Source of the DNA: Acidobacteriota bacterium
GTDB lineage: Bacteria > Acidobacteriota > UBA6911 > RPQK01 > JADFOI01
Assembly: GCA_965218935.1 (NCBI GenBank)
Contig: CBDCMH010000004.1
Location: 103,965-167,964 of the forward strand
DNA: 64,000 nt
Direction of reading: 5' to 3'
Every line of letters begins with the position of its first letter. The stretch's first letter is position 1. The notes beneath the pieces were generated by a model. It did no database searches. It was not told the DNA's origin and saw only the letters and a program-made list of their open reading frames with translations. The position numbers and the translations under genes were made by a program. Positions 18,978 to 28,507 of this stretch are shown here, one piece after another.

Positions 18978-21900
18978 GCACACGGCCGTCTGCCCCACTT
19001 TCCGACGCAGCCGCTCGCAGGGAGGCGATGACGACTCCTCATCACGCCTTTGTGTGGGCGAGTGCGGGTACCGGAAAGACTCATACCCTGGCATTGCGAG
19101 CGCTTTACCTCCTCTTGAATGCCCCCTTTCTCTCTCCACAGGAGGGCGACGGGCAGGGCCCTGCGGGCGAGATCGGTTCCCTTTACAGCGCTCCCTCGCG
19201 GCAGGAACGTCTGAAGTCCGCCCGGGCCATCATTGGTTCCCTGATCCTCACCACTTTCACGCGCAAAGCCGCTGCCGAAATGCAGACCCGACTTTACCGC
19301 TACCTGGAGAGTGTCACTGCGGCCCAAACTCCTTCCCATCTGGAAACTGAAGATCCGCTGTTTTACGAGATCATTCAGACGGTTTTGAACAATCTGGAAT
19401 CGGGGCAAAACATGCCCTTGTTCGCCGGGCTGGGTGGGGAGGAATCCTTCCATCGTCTTCAGGCCGGAGCCCAGGCGTTATACGAACAGGCTGGGGAACT
19501 GCAAATCTCCACCATCCACAGCTTCGCAGCCTCCATCCTTCGCCGCCATCCCCTCCAGGCGGGGATTCCGCCAACGTCCCGTTTCGCCAGGGAAGACGAA
19601 GACGATCTACTCGGGTTAGAAGATCAGGTCCTGGAGCGCTGGTGGCAACGAAAGGTCTTGTCCGACCCTCAGCTGCAGAAAGAACTGGCCCAGCTGCTCA
19701 CAGTGGTGCCGGTCAGACACATCCGTGAGTGGCTGACGTACAGCTATCAGTCTCCCTGGATGGCCAAAGAATCTGAAGCTCTTCCCCTGGAGGGCGAAAA
19801 GGAGATACAGAAACTGGTCGATGCAGGCCATGCCCTGGTCCAATCCCTGTCCAGAGGGGGAGGCTCCAGAATTGAAGGAAACCGCGACCGGTTGGATCAG
19901 ATACTCCAGGGCATCACATCCCGTCAAAAAGGAGCCTTCAGGGAGCTGTGCGACTTCATCCTGCGAACCAAGCGGGACTTATTCCTGCATGACAAGATTA
20001 CGAAAACAGTCCGCCGCGCGATCGAGGGCCTTGCCCCCGAACATTTGTGCTACTTCCAATCCTGGACCGCTTTCTATATCCCCGCACTCCGCATCTGCCT
20101 GGCTCAGGAGTTTGCACCCATCTGGGCGGTCTGGACCCGGTTCCTGGGGCGCTTCGTCGACTGGGCCGAGGAAGCCGCTATGCGAGAGCTGGGTCTGATT
20201 ACCTTCGACGAGATGATTCGTCTGGCGGTCAGACTGCTCGAGCAGCACCCTTCCATCCGCCGGGCCGAACAGGCGAAGCTTCGAGCCTTGCTCGTGGATG
20301 AGTTCCAGGATACGGATCCGGACCAGCTTCGGCTCTTCAAGGCCCTGCTGAAGCATGACCCCGACGACCCACATGAGGTCCTCGGTTTCTTCGTGGGAGA
20401 CACGAAACAATCCATCTACCGCTTCCGCAGCGCCGATGTTCCCTCTATCGATGATTTTTGCCGCCGCTATGAAAGTCATACGGGATGCCAATTGAAACAG
20501 ACCGAGTTTCGTCTCAAGACCAGCTTTCGGAGCGTGAAAGCGGTAACCCGATTTGTAAATCACTTCTTCGAAAAAGAACTGACGCTGGCAAGCAAAGATG
20601 AAGCACTGGTTCCTTTTCGAACTGATGAGGAAGTCCTTCCGGAATGGATTTTTACCGACACCGACGGCGAAGGGAGGAATTTCAACGTCGATCAGGGGCG
20701 AAGCTACGCAGCGGCCCAAACCCTGGAGATGATCCAGGAGTACCTGGAGAGTTCCGCTTCGGAAAAGCCTCCCTATAAAGATATCCTGGTTCTGGTGAGA
20801 GACTGGCGGCAGGTTGATGCTCTCCTGCCGGTTCTTCAGAATGCCGGAATTCCCGTCATCAGCAGCGGCGCCAAGACCTTCTATCGCCAACCGGAGGTCC
20901 TGGATCTGTTGAATCTGCTTATCGCGCTCCTTCATCCTCAGGATAAACTGGCCACAGCGGCCGTCCTGCGAGGTCCTCTTCTCTATCTTTCCGATCCACA
21001 GCTCCACGACCTGCTGAAGGAAATTCCTCCTGAGCGGCTGTTTCACTCGCAACAGCCTCTTCCTGAATCTCTTCCTGAGGAAGTCCGAGCTCGGATCAAG
21101 CATCTGCGAAAACTGGCCGCAGGACGCCTCGAGTCAACGCTGGCGGAATGGCTGGGGGAAGTCCGAGCCTTCATCCCCACGGCTCTCTACACCCAACCTG
21201 GGGACTGGGAGGGAAGACCTTTGGTCCGAATCGGTCGGGTGTTTGAGAATTTTAAGGAGGCCATGGAGATGACCGTGATTCCGCCGCTGGTCTGGCTGTT
21301 GAAGCAGCGCACCCGGGCTGCGGAAACCGGCCGGTGGGACAGTGACAACCCGGGAGAAGATATTACGGTCGCTACCGAAAACGTTGAGGCGGTACGGGTG
21401 ATGACCATTCACAAAGCCAAAGGACTGGAAGGACGCTTTACTATCGTCTATGGGTGGAGTTCAGTTCTCTCCGACTTGGGAGATTCACCCGCAAAGTGGA
21501 AAAATCCGGAGGTGCTCAGCCTGACGGATGACAAGGGTCAAAAAGTGCAGGCCTTTTCCCTTCAATGGGGCCCACTCAAGATCGTCTCCTCATCCTATTC
21601 GGAAGCGTTGGAGGAGGAGCGCAAAGGCGTCCGGGCTGAGGCCGAACGCCTGGCCTACGTGGCCGTCACCCGTGCCCGTGATCGCATGGCCCTCTTGTGT
21701 CCCAGATCGAAGCACCGTCCTTTTCCGGATAGAATCCAGGACTTCATCGGCTCGGCCCGGCAGAAGATTTTGGCTGGGTCGGGTAGTGGGCATGCTGATA
21801 TTTGTAACGGCCATCTGCGTTTCATCCATCGGCCCGGTTTTGAAATCACCCCTCCCGAAGTGCCCTCTCCCTCGGTGAGCCTTCAGGAGGACGTTTATCA

Positions 21901-22495
21901 ATCTCTTTGGAAACAGCGCTACCTGGAATTCAAGTCACACCATCCTCCACTCCTTCGCCATCCTTCCGATCCAGAACACCGGGAGGAAGGGGAGGTCCGA
22001 GAAGATCATCAATATCCCGGAAAGGTGGACCGGGAAACCGGTCTGCTGGCCGGCCGTTTGGTACACATCTATCTCGAGCGTTATCTTCTCCAAGACGCTT
22101 TCGAGCCAGAAAACCTCTCCGCCTGTCTGAGGGAGATTCCAGGAGAGACTTCCGATTCAAGGTTAAAGCAAGGGGTGGAGAAAGTGTTGAGTGAGTTTTA
22201 CTCGGGGAAGCTGGTGGACCCCTCGGGACGACCCTATCGGGAACGAGTCCAAAGGGCACACGTTCTGGGACGTGAAATACCCGTCTATCTCCAGGACGAG
22301 GGTCAAGCGTGGCATGGCATCATCGATCTGGTTTTGGAGGAGGAGGAGATCATCCGGGCCATCGACTATAAAACGACAACTCAACAGGATCCCCTTCCAG
22401 AAGCTTATACACAACAGCAGCGCATCTACAGCGAAGCTCTGCGGCGCCTCTTCCCCGACCAGGATGTCGCCTTTGAATTCTGGTGGCTGAGGTAG
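18974..22495 (+). CDS. addA: AddA/RexA-type ATP-dependent helicase-nuclease subunit A (UvrD-like SF1 helicase + RecB nuclease domain)
   Basis: Walker A AFVWASAGTGKTHTL, helicase motif II LLVDEFQDTDPDQ, motif III KQSIYRFRSAD, and C-terminal PD-(D/E)XK motif GIIDLVLEEEEIIRAIDYKTT. 1173 aa. Confidence 0.8.
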   Translation: MSTRPSAPLSDAAARREAMTTPHHAFVWASAGTGKTHTLALRALYLLLNAPFLSPQEGDGQGPAGEIGSLYSAPSRQERLKSARAIIGSLILTTFTRKAAAEMQTRLYRYLESVTAAQTPSHLETEDPLFYEIIQTVLNNLESGQNMPLFAGLGGEESFHRLQAGAQALYEQAGELQISTIHSFAASILRRHPLQAGIPPTSRFAREDEDDLLGLEDQVLERWWQRKVLSDPQLQKELAQLLTVVPVRHIREWLTYSYQSPWMAKESEALPLEGEKEIQKLVDAGHALVQSLSRGGGSRIEGNRDRLDQILQGITSRQKGAFRELCDFILRTKRDLFLHDKITKTVRRAIEGLAPEHLCYFQSWTAFYIPALRICLAQEFAPIWAVWTRFLGRFVDWAEEAAMRELGLITFDEMIRLAVRLLEQHPSIRRAEQAKLRALLVDEFQDTDPDQLRLFKALLKHDPDDPHEVLGFFVGDTKQSIYRFRSADVPSIDDFCRRYESHTGCQLKQTEFRLKTSFRSVKAVTRFVNHFFEKELTLASKDEALVPFRTDEEVLPEWIFTDTDGEGRNFNVDQGRSYAAAQTLEMIQEYLESSASEKPPYKDILVLVRDWRQVDALLPVLQNAGIPVISSGAKTFYRQPEVLDLLNLLIALLHPQDKLATAAVLRGPLLYLSDPQLHDLLKEIPPERLFHSQQPLPESLPEEVRARIKHLRKLAAGRLESTLAEWLGEVRAFIPTALYTQPGDWEGRPLVRIGRVFENFKEAMEMTVIPPLVWLLKQRTRAAETGRWDSDNPGEDITVATENVEAVRVMTIHKAKGLEGRFTIVYGWSSVLSDLGDSPAKWKNPEVLSLTDDKGQKVQAFSLQWGPLKIVSSSYSEALEEERKGVRAEAERLAYVAVTRARDRMALLCPRSKHRPFPDRIQDFIGSARQKILAGSGSGHADICNGHLRFIHRPGFEITPPEVPSPSVSLQEDVYQSLWKQRYLEFKSHHPPLLRHPSDPEHREEGEVREDHQYPGKVDRETGLLAGRLVHIYLERYLLQDAFEPENLSACLREIPGETSDSRLKQGVEKVLSEFYSGKLVDPSGRPYRERVQRAHVLGREIPVYLQDEGQAWHGIIDLVLEEEEIIRAIDYKTTTQQDPLPEAYTQQQRIYSEALRRLFPDQDVAFEFWWLR

Positions 22496-22502
22496 CTCGT
22501 TA

Positions 22503-22538
22503 CCGGATTCGGCACCTGAGGTGCCTCCTACACTCCGG
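22503..22538. repeat. REP-like hairpin element, family 1 copy
   Basis: ccggattcGGCACCtgaGGTGCCTCCTACACTCCGG lies immediately after the addA stop. Confidence 0.7.
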
Positions 22539-22687
22539 AGGTCTGCAGCAAACCTAGAACTATGAAGCCGAACGGCTCTGTCCCTAAAGCAGCTTCCAAC
22601 TTCCTTGTCTCCCGTCTTCTTCTTCATGGTGTATGATGTAGCCGTTACATGGGTACACACACAGACCCTTGAAAAGGAGAGAAGCAC

Positions 22688-23176
22688 ATGCCCAGCAAGA
22701 AAATTGAGAGTGCTCTGAACCAGCAGATCCAGAGCGAGTTTTACTCAGCTTACCTTTATCTTTCGATGTCCGCCTACTGCCAAGAACTCCATCTAGGGGG
22801 GTTTGCACACTGGCTGCAGACCCAGAGCAAGGAAGAAATAGGCCATGCGATGAGGCTCTATAACTCCCTGAACAACCGTGGTGGCAGGGTGATCCTCCGG
22901 GCCATCGACCGACCTCCCGAGAGCTTCAAGTCACCCCGCCGCATGTTCGAGCAGATTCTCAAACACGAACAGGAGATCACCAAGGCAATCCACAAACTCT
23001 ACAAACTCGCTCAAGACGAGAAGGATTACGCCACCGAGGTGGAACTGCAGTGGTTCATCAATGAGCAGGTCGAGGAAGAGAAAACCACCGGCGATATTCT
23101 GCAACAACTCACCCTGGTAGGAGATCAACCAGCCACCTTGCTCATGATGGATCACCACCTGGGCTCCCGGCAGTAG
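22688..23176 (+). CDS. ftn: Non-heme ferritin (Ftn)
   Basis: ALNQQIQSEFYSAYLYLSMSAYC...EEIGHAMRLYNSL... carries ferroxidase-centre Glu/His residues in the pattern of bacterial ferritin. 162 aa. Confidence 0.8.
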   Translation: MPSKKIESALNQQIQSEFYSAYLYLSMSAYCQELHLGGFAHWLQTQSKEEIGHAMRLYNSLNNRGGRVILRAIDRPPESFKSPRRMFEQILKHEQEITKAIHKLYKLAQDEKDYATEVELQWFINEQVEEEKTTGDILQQLTLVGDQPATLLMMDHHLGSRQ

Positions 23177-23216
23177 CGAGCTGCGCCCGCAGAGAATAGA
23201 AAATAGAGAAAAACTG

Positions 23217-26200
23217 TCAGTTGTCAGTTGTCAGCGGATCATCTCGCCCTACCCTTTGAGGATCCGATCCGACTTCGATCCGCTCGGCTTCCCGGGGTAC
23301 ATGCTGGTAGGCCGAGCTACCGAACTTGAAAAAGAGGGAGGGCAAGACCACCATGTTCAAAAGGGTGGAACTGAGCAGGCCGCCCAGAATGACCACCGCC
23401 ACCGGGTAGAGGATTTCCTTACCGGCAACCCCCCGAGACAGGGCCAGAGGAACAAGAGCGAGTGCCGTGGTCAGCGCGGTCATCATCACCGGGACCAATC
23501 GCTCAAGGGTACCGCGGACAATCATTTTCTTGTCGAAGCTCTCTCCCTCATAGCGCATGAGGTGCAGATAGTGGGAGATCATCATGATCCCGTTTCTGGC
23601 GGAAATTCCCAAAAGGGTTATGAATCCCACCAGCGAGGCCACCGACAAAATGCCGTCCGTGAGGAAAATGGCGGCAACGGCTCCGATGAAACTCAAAGGC
23701 AGGGTGAGCATGATCTGAAGGGCAAGGCCCACTCGCTGGAAATGGGAGTAGAGGAGAACAAATATGGCAGTGAGGGAAATAATGGACAGCAGCAGAATTA
23801 AACGTGTAGCCTCGACCTGACTCTCGAACTGACCTCCATAGCTGACAAAATAGCCCTGCGGAAAGTCCACCTGGGCAGTCACCTTGTCACGAATCTCCTC
23901 CACCACGCTCCCCAGATCCCGTCCCGCTACATTGCACTGGACCACGATGCGCCGCAGTCCGTTTTCTCTCAGAATCTGGTTGGGGCCCGTCCTGGTTTCG
24001 ATGGAGGCCAACTGGGCCAGCGGAATGCTCCCACCGGCGGGAAGATTCACCAAAACATCGTCGAAAAACTCCAGGTTGTCCCGCCAGAAATGATCCAGAC
24101 GGAGAAAAACATCGAAGCTGCGCTGCTCTTCCAGAACCTGGGTGATGACCCTTCCATTGAGCGCTGTCTCCAGTGCCTCGGTAATCTCCCCCACCCCCAG
24201 GCCATAACGTGCCGCTTGGGTCCGATTCACCTGGATACGCACCTGTGGAATGGGGACCTGCGCTTCAATATAGAGATCCCTGACCCCTCCTACACCACCC
24301 ATGACCTGCTCGACCTCTTCAGCCAGAGGGCGCAAGACCGTCAGGTCTTCACCAAAAATCTTGACCGCGATCTCGGCAAAGGTCCCTGAGAGCAGATGAT
24401 CGATCCGGTGAGAAATGGGTTGACCCACGTTGACACTGATGTTCGGAATCTGATCCAGCCTCTCACGGATCTCCGCCTCAATTTCTTCCTTGGGACGACC
24501 CTCCTGCAAGGTCACGTCAATTTCGCTGTAATGGACCCCTTCGGCATGCTCATCCAGTTCCGCGCGCCCCGTGCGACGGCCTGTCGAGACGACTTCTTCC
24601 ACTTCCAGGAGAAGTTGCTCCGCCCGGGAGCCGATGTCATCCGATCGAGGAAGTGAAGTACCCGGGTCGGCGATTACGTTAATGGTGTAGCTTCCCTCAT
24701 TAAAGCCGGGAAGAAAGGTCCGGCCCATCAATGGGATAAAGGAGAGGGAGAGGAGTACCAGGAAGGCAGCCCCAATAATAATCTTCCCGGGGTGCTCCAG
24801 GGTAACCTCCAAAAGTAGGGCCTGCCCCCGCTTGAGCTGTCGTACCAGCCAACCATCTTCCCTTCGCTCCAGGAGCTTGGAGCGGCCCAGGAAGTAGTAG
24901 CAAAGCACTGGCGTGAGGGTCAATGAGACCAGAAGCGAGGCCAGGATGGAGACCACGTAGGCGATACCCAAAGGGGTGAAAAGCCGCCCTTCCACTCCAC
25001 TCAAAAAGAAAAGGGGCAAGAAGACCAAAATCACGATGAGGGTGGCGAAGACAATGGAATTTCGAATCTCGCTCGAGGCCCGAAAAACAACGGTCAAAGC
25101 CGACTCGGGTCGGGACCTCCGGCGATTCTCACGCAGTCTCCGGAAGACGTTTTCGACATCCACGATGGCATCGTCCACCAGCTCACCGATGGCAATGGCC
25201 AACCCTCCCAGCATCATGGTGTTGATGGTGATTCCGAAGAATTTCATCACCACCGCGGTGATCAAGAAGGAGAGCGGGATAGCGGTCAGGGTGATGGCTG
25301 TGGTCCGGAAGTTCAACAGAAAGAGCAACAGAACGATAAGGACCAGTACAAAAGCATGCCAAAGCGCCTCAAACACGTTGTCGACAGCCGTTTGAATAAA
25401 ATCGGCCTGGCGAAAAACGGCCGGATCCACCACCACACCTTCCGGCAGGCCGGTCCGAATTTCCTCCAGAGCCGCCTCCACCTCCTTGGTCAGGACCAAG
25501 GTATTCACGTCCGGCTGCTTGGTGATCTGCATAATGACCGAATGCTGCCCGTTGTAGGCGGACTCCCCTCGCTTGATCTGAGGACCAAACTGAACCCGGG
25601 CGATATCCCGAACATAAACGGGAACCGATCCGCGTACGGCGACGACCGTGTTTCTCAGATCATCCAGTGTTTCGATCCGGCCCATATTCCGGATCAGGAA
25701 CTCCTGGCCTCCCCGATTGAGAAACCCTCCCGAGGTGGCGGAATTGGAGAAGCCGATGGCCGTCTCCACCTCCGCCAGACTGATGGAGAAATCTCTCATT
25801 CTTTGGGGGTTCACCAAAACCTGATACTGCCGCACCCCGCCTCCCATGTTGACCACCTGAGCCACTCCCGGTATGGCCAAAATCCGAGGGCGGATGGTCC
25901 AATCGGCCAGCGTCCGAAGTTCCAGATCAGAAACGCTTTCCTCTTCAGCCCGCATGCTGATGAGATGAATCCCTCCCATAATGGAGCTGATAGGTCCCAT
26001 CACGGGAACGACTTCGGGCGGAAGCTGAGCCGATGCCAGCTGCAGCCTCTCGTTGACAATCTGTCGGGCGATGTAAATATTCGTATCCCAACCAAATTCA
26101 ACCCAGATGATGGAAAGCCCCGGTGCCGATTGCGAGCGCACTCGCTCCACATTGGTGGCTCCATTGAGAAGGGTTTCCAAAGGAAAGGTGACGAGGCGCT

Positions 26201-26384
26201 CCACCTCTTCGGGTGCCAGACCATGGGACTCGGTCATGACCGTCACCATGGGACGATTAATATCCGGCAGCACATCGATCGGCAGATTGACACTCACGTA
26301 GATTCCGTAAACCACCAGGAAGGCGGATGCGGCAACGATCAGGAGCCGATTTTGAAGCGAGAAACGGATGATGGCATTTAACAT
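23217..26384 (-). CDS. Heavy-metal efflux RND transporter permease (CusA/CzcA family)
   Basis: 1055 aa. MLNAIIRFSLQNRLLIVAASAFLVVYG...DVLPDINRPMVTVMTESHGLAPEEVERLVTFPLE is the conserved HME-RND N-terminus. It has 12 predicted TM segments and two large periplasmic loops. Confidence 0.85.
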   Translation of the reverse strand: MLNAIIRFSLQNRLLIVAASAFLVVYGIYVSVNLPIDVLPDINRPMVTVMTESHGLAPEEVERLVTFPLETLLNGATNVERVRSQSAPGLSIIWVEFGWDTNIYIARQIVNERLQLASAQLPPEVVPVMGPISSIMGGIHLISMRAEEESVSDLELRTLADWTIRPRILAIPGVAQVVNMGGGVRQYQVLVNPQRMRDFSISLAEVETAIGFSNSATSGGFLNRGGQEFLIRNMGRIETLDDLRNTVVAVRGSVPVYVRDIARVQFGPQIKRGESAYNGQHSVIMQITKQPDVNTLVLTKEVEAALEEIRTGLPEGVVVDPAVFRQADFIQTAVDNVFEALWHAFVLVLIVLLLFLLNFRTTAITLTAIPLSFLITAVVMKFFGITINTMMLGGLAIAIGELVDDAIVDVENVFRRLRENRRRSRPESALTVVFRASSEIRNSIVFATLIVILVFLPLFFLSGVEGRLFTPLGIAYVVSILASLLVSLTLTPVLCYYFLGRSKLLERREDGWLVRQLKRGQALLLEVTLEHPGKIIIGAAFLVLLSLSFIPLMGRTFLPGFNEGSYTINVIADPGTSLPRSDDIGSRAEQLLLEVEEVVSTGRRTGRAELDEHAEGVHYSEIDVTLQEGRPKEEIEAEIRERLDQIPNISVNVGQPISHRIDHLLSGTFAEIAVKIFGEDLTVLRPLAEEVEQVMGGVGGVRDLYIEAQVPIPQVRIQVNRTQAARYGLGVGEITEALETALNGRVITQVLEEQRSFDVFLRLDHFWRDNLEFFDDVLVNLPAGGSIPLAQLASIETRTGPNQILRENGLRRIVVQCNVAGRDLGSVVEEIRDKVTAQVDFPQGYFVSYGGQFESQVEATRLILLLSIISLTAIFVLLYSHFQRVGLALQIMLTLPLSFIGAVAAIFLTDGILSVASLVGFITLLGISARNGIMMISHYLHLMRYEGESFDKKMIVRGTLERLVPVMMTALTTALALVPLALSRGVAGKEILYPVAVVILGGLLSSTLLNMVVLPSLFFKFGSSAYQHVPREAERIEVGSDPQRVGRDDPLTTDN

Positions 26385-26457
26385 GTCACTTCTGAGTCGA
26401 CAGCACTCAATGAGTGGGGTCTAGAACGAGTGGTTTTACCCTGAGCTGAAAATCTTA

Positions 26458-27000
26458 TCAACCCATAAAAGCGAGGAATAGGTGCATCCCGCGGTGGACC
26501 GCCCGGATGACTGCCTGGGCGCTGACTGGATTCCCCACCAGCCGGAAGTCCTTCTCCACATCCCAGTGATCGGATGGCTTCTTCCCTTCCATCTGTGCCA
26601 GGAAGGCTTCGGACTCCAATTCCTTGTCGTCCATATTTTCCATGATGAGAACCTTCCTGACGGAGCCATCCAGATTGTAACCCACAGCCATATCGACCCA
26701 GTCTTCGGCACCCCTGGCGTCCACCATCAACACTGCACCGATCGACTGCATCTTACCGGTCTGGGGGTCTTTGGCAACGGCCACAAAGACGGTCAGTTCC
26801 TTGTCTGTTTCCTGAACCTCATCTCCTGAAGCTTTTTCTACCTGAAGGAGTTGCTGAGGGGTTAGCGACTTCTTGCGGCTGACGAAATTTTCGGCTTCGG
26901 GAAAGAATTTTTTCAAAGTCTCCTGCGTCAGTGCGTCGTCATGACCCCAAGCGGGAACGGTCACGAACAAAGTCAGGGAAAGCAAAAGCAGTTTTTTCAT
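26458..27000 (-). CDS. Secreted hypothetical protein (possible FMN-binding-like periplasmic domain), directly upstream of the RND pump gene
   Basis: Signal peptide MKKLLLLSLTLFVTVPAWG, 180 aa, with a 73-bp gap to the CusA/CzcA start on the same strand. Weak resemblance only (…PVSAQAVIRAVHRGM) to FMN_bind domains. Confidence 0.4.
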   Translation of the reverse strand: MKKLLLLSLTLFVTVPAWGHDDALTQETLKKFFPEAENFVSRKKSLTPQQLLQVEKASGDEVQETDKELTVFVAVAKDPQTGKMQSIGAVLMVDARGAEDWVDMAVGYNLDGSVRKVLIMENMDDKELESEAFLAQMEGKKPSDHWDVEKDFRLVGNPVSAQAVIRAVHRGMHLFLAFMG

Positions 27001-27288
27001 AGCATGGCCCCTTTTCCTAATCAGAGATGTCTTGAGGACATTTTAGTTGTTCCGATGAAGGTATCTTACAGCCATTCTCTCGCAAACGAAACAAGGAAAT
27101 CCTGAATCCTGGGGACGTCCCTCCCGTTTACCTATCGTTGTCCGCCGTGATGGATTCATCCTCACAATGGACCAGGCAACCGAGAGGACTCCCCTCTGCT
27201 ATGGGTTCCTCGTCACCGGGTTTGCTGCGCTGGCGATTTTTTAAATTGACCCGTCCTCGGTTGCCCTCTACAATAGCAGCCTTCTCCC

Positions 27289-28308
27289 GTGAAAAGTATG
27301 ACCAAAGAGGAAACATTAAGGCTTCTTAAAGAGATCGAAGCAGAGATCAACCGAGTCATCATCGGACAGGAGGAGATGGTTCGCAACCTCCTGGTGGGTC
27401 TCTTCACCGAGATCCCCTATTCTTTTAAAAAGGACGCTTCCGAGAACGGTCATCGCGGTGGCTGTGCGCATGTTCTTTTGGAAGGGGTACCGGGAGTAGC
27501 TAAGACACTGGCCGTGGTGGCTATCTCCAGTGTGGTGCACGCCAAGTTTCAGCGCATTCAGCTCACTCCCGATCTTTTGCCGGCAGACATTGTGGGGACG
27601 CGCATTTTTGACCCGGCCAAGGGAACCTTCGGTGTTGAACACGGGCCCATATTCACCAATATCTTACTGGCGGATGAGATCAATCGAGCGACCCCAAAGA
27701 CCCAAAGCGCCCTGCTGGAAGCCATGCAGGAGCGTCAGGTCACATTGGGAGATAGCACCTTCAAGCTGGATGATCCCTTTTGGGTCCTGGCAACTCAGAA
27801 TCCCGTTGAGCAAGAGGGAGTGTACATTTTGCCAGAGGCTCAAAAAGACCGGTTTTCCATGATGCTGCGAGTCGGCTACCCCAAGCATGAAGATGAGTTC
27901 ACCATGCTGAAAACCGAGATGGGCCAAATCGAGCTGACGCCCCTGATCCAACCCGAAGCCATCATTAAGATCCGCGAATTGGTCCGGGAAACCTATGTGG
28001 ACGACCGGTTGAGAGAATACGTGGTTCGGCTGGGAAGGGCGACTCGGGATCCGGAAGCTTTCGGAGTCAAGGATATCCGGGCGGCAGTTACAGTAGGGAT
28101 CTCACCGCGAGCGTACCACCATCTCCTTTCCCTTGCCAAAACCGTGGCCTTTTTCCATGAGCGAGACTACGTGATGCCAGCGGATGTGAAGGAGATTGCC
28201 ATTCCGGCACTCCGTCATCGGATTATTCGAAGCGTTCAGGCAGAGGCCGCCAAACTGTCCACAGACGAGATCCTTTCAAAGATCCTTGAAGCCGTTCCCA
28301 TTCCTTGA
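27289..28308 (+). CDS. MoxR-family AAA+ ATPase
   Basis: Walker A HVLLEGVPGVAKT, Walker B ILLADEINRA, sensor region TQNPVEQEGVYILPEAQKDRF, 339 aa. It has an unusual ~17-aa insertion (EIPYSFKKDASENGHRGGCA) just before the P-loop. Confidence 0.85.
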   Translation: MKSMTKEETLRLLKEIEAEINRVIIGQEEMVRNLLVGLFTEIPYSFKKDASENGHRGGCAHVLLEGVPGVAKTLAVVAISSVVHAKFQRIQLTPDLLPADIVGTRIFDPAKGTFGVEHGPIFTNILLADEINRATPKTQSALLEAMQERQVTLGDSTFKLDDPFWVLATQNPVEQEGVYILPEAQKDRFSMMLRVGYPKHEDEFTMLKTEMGQIELTPLIQPEAIIKIRELVRETYVDDRLREYVVRLGRATRDPEAFGVKDIRAAVTVGISPRAYHHLLSLAKTVAFFHERDYVMPADVKEIAIPALRHRIIRSVQAEAAKLSTDEILSKILEAVPIP

Positions 28309-28507
28309 TTTCCCGGTTCGGTGCTCTGGCTGGATGATTCACTTCATGAAGTGTGCGCAAGCGCCAAACCCAGCCTGTCTGCTGTCGAACAGCCCCAAAA
28401 GGACAAATCGTGGAATTCCTCTATCCCTGGATGATACATTGCTTGCTTTCGTGTATAATCTATATAAATTAGGTAACCGTTCAACCGATAAGGAGCAGCG
28501 AGAAACA

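Noticed and set aside
19979-21103. 374-aa minus-strand ORF inside addA
   Set aside because: Antisense to a gene with strong helicase motifs. Low-complexity, basic composition, no motifs.
25356-26381. 341-aa plus-strand ORF inside the RND pump gene
   Set aside because: Antisense to the CusA/CzcA gene. His/Arg/Gly-rich, not protein-like.
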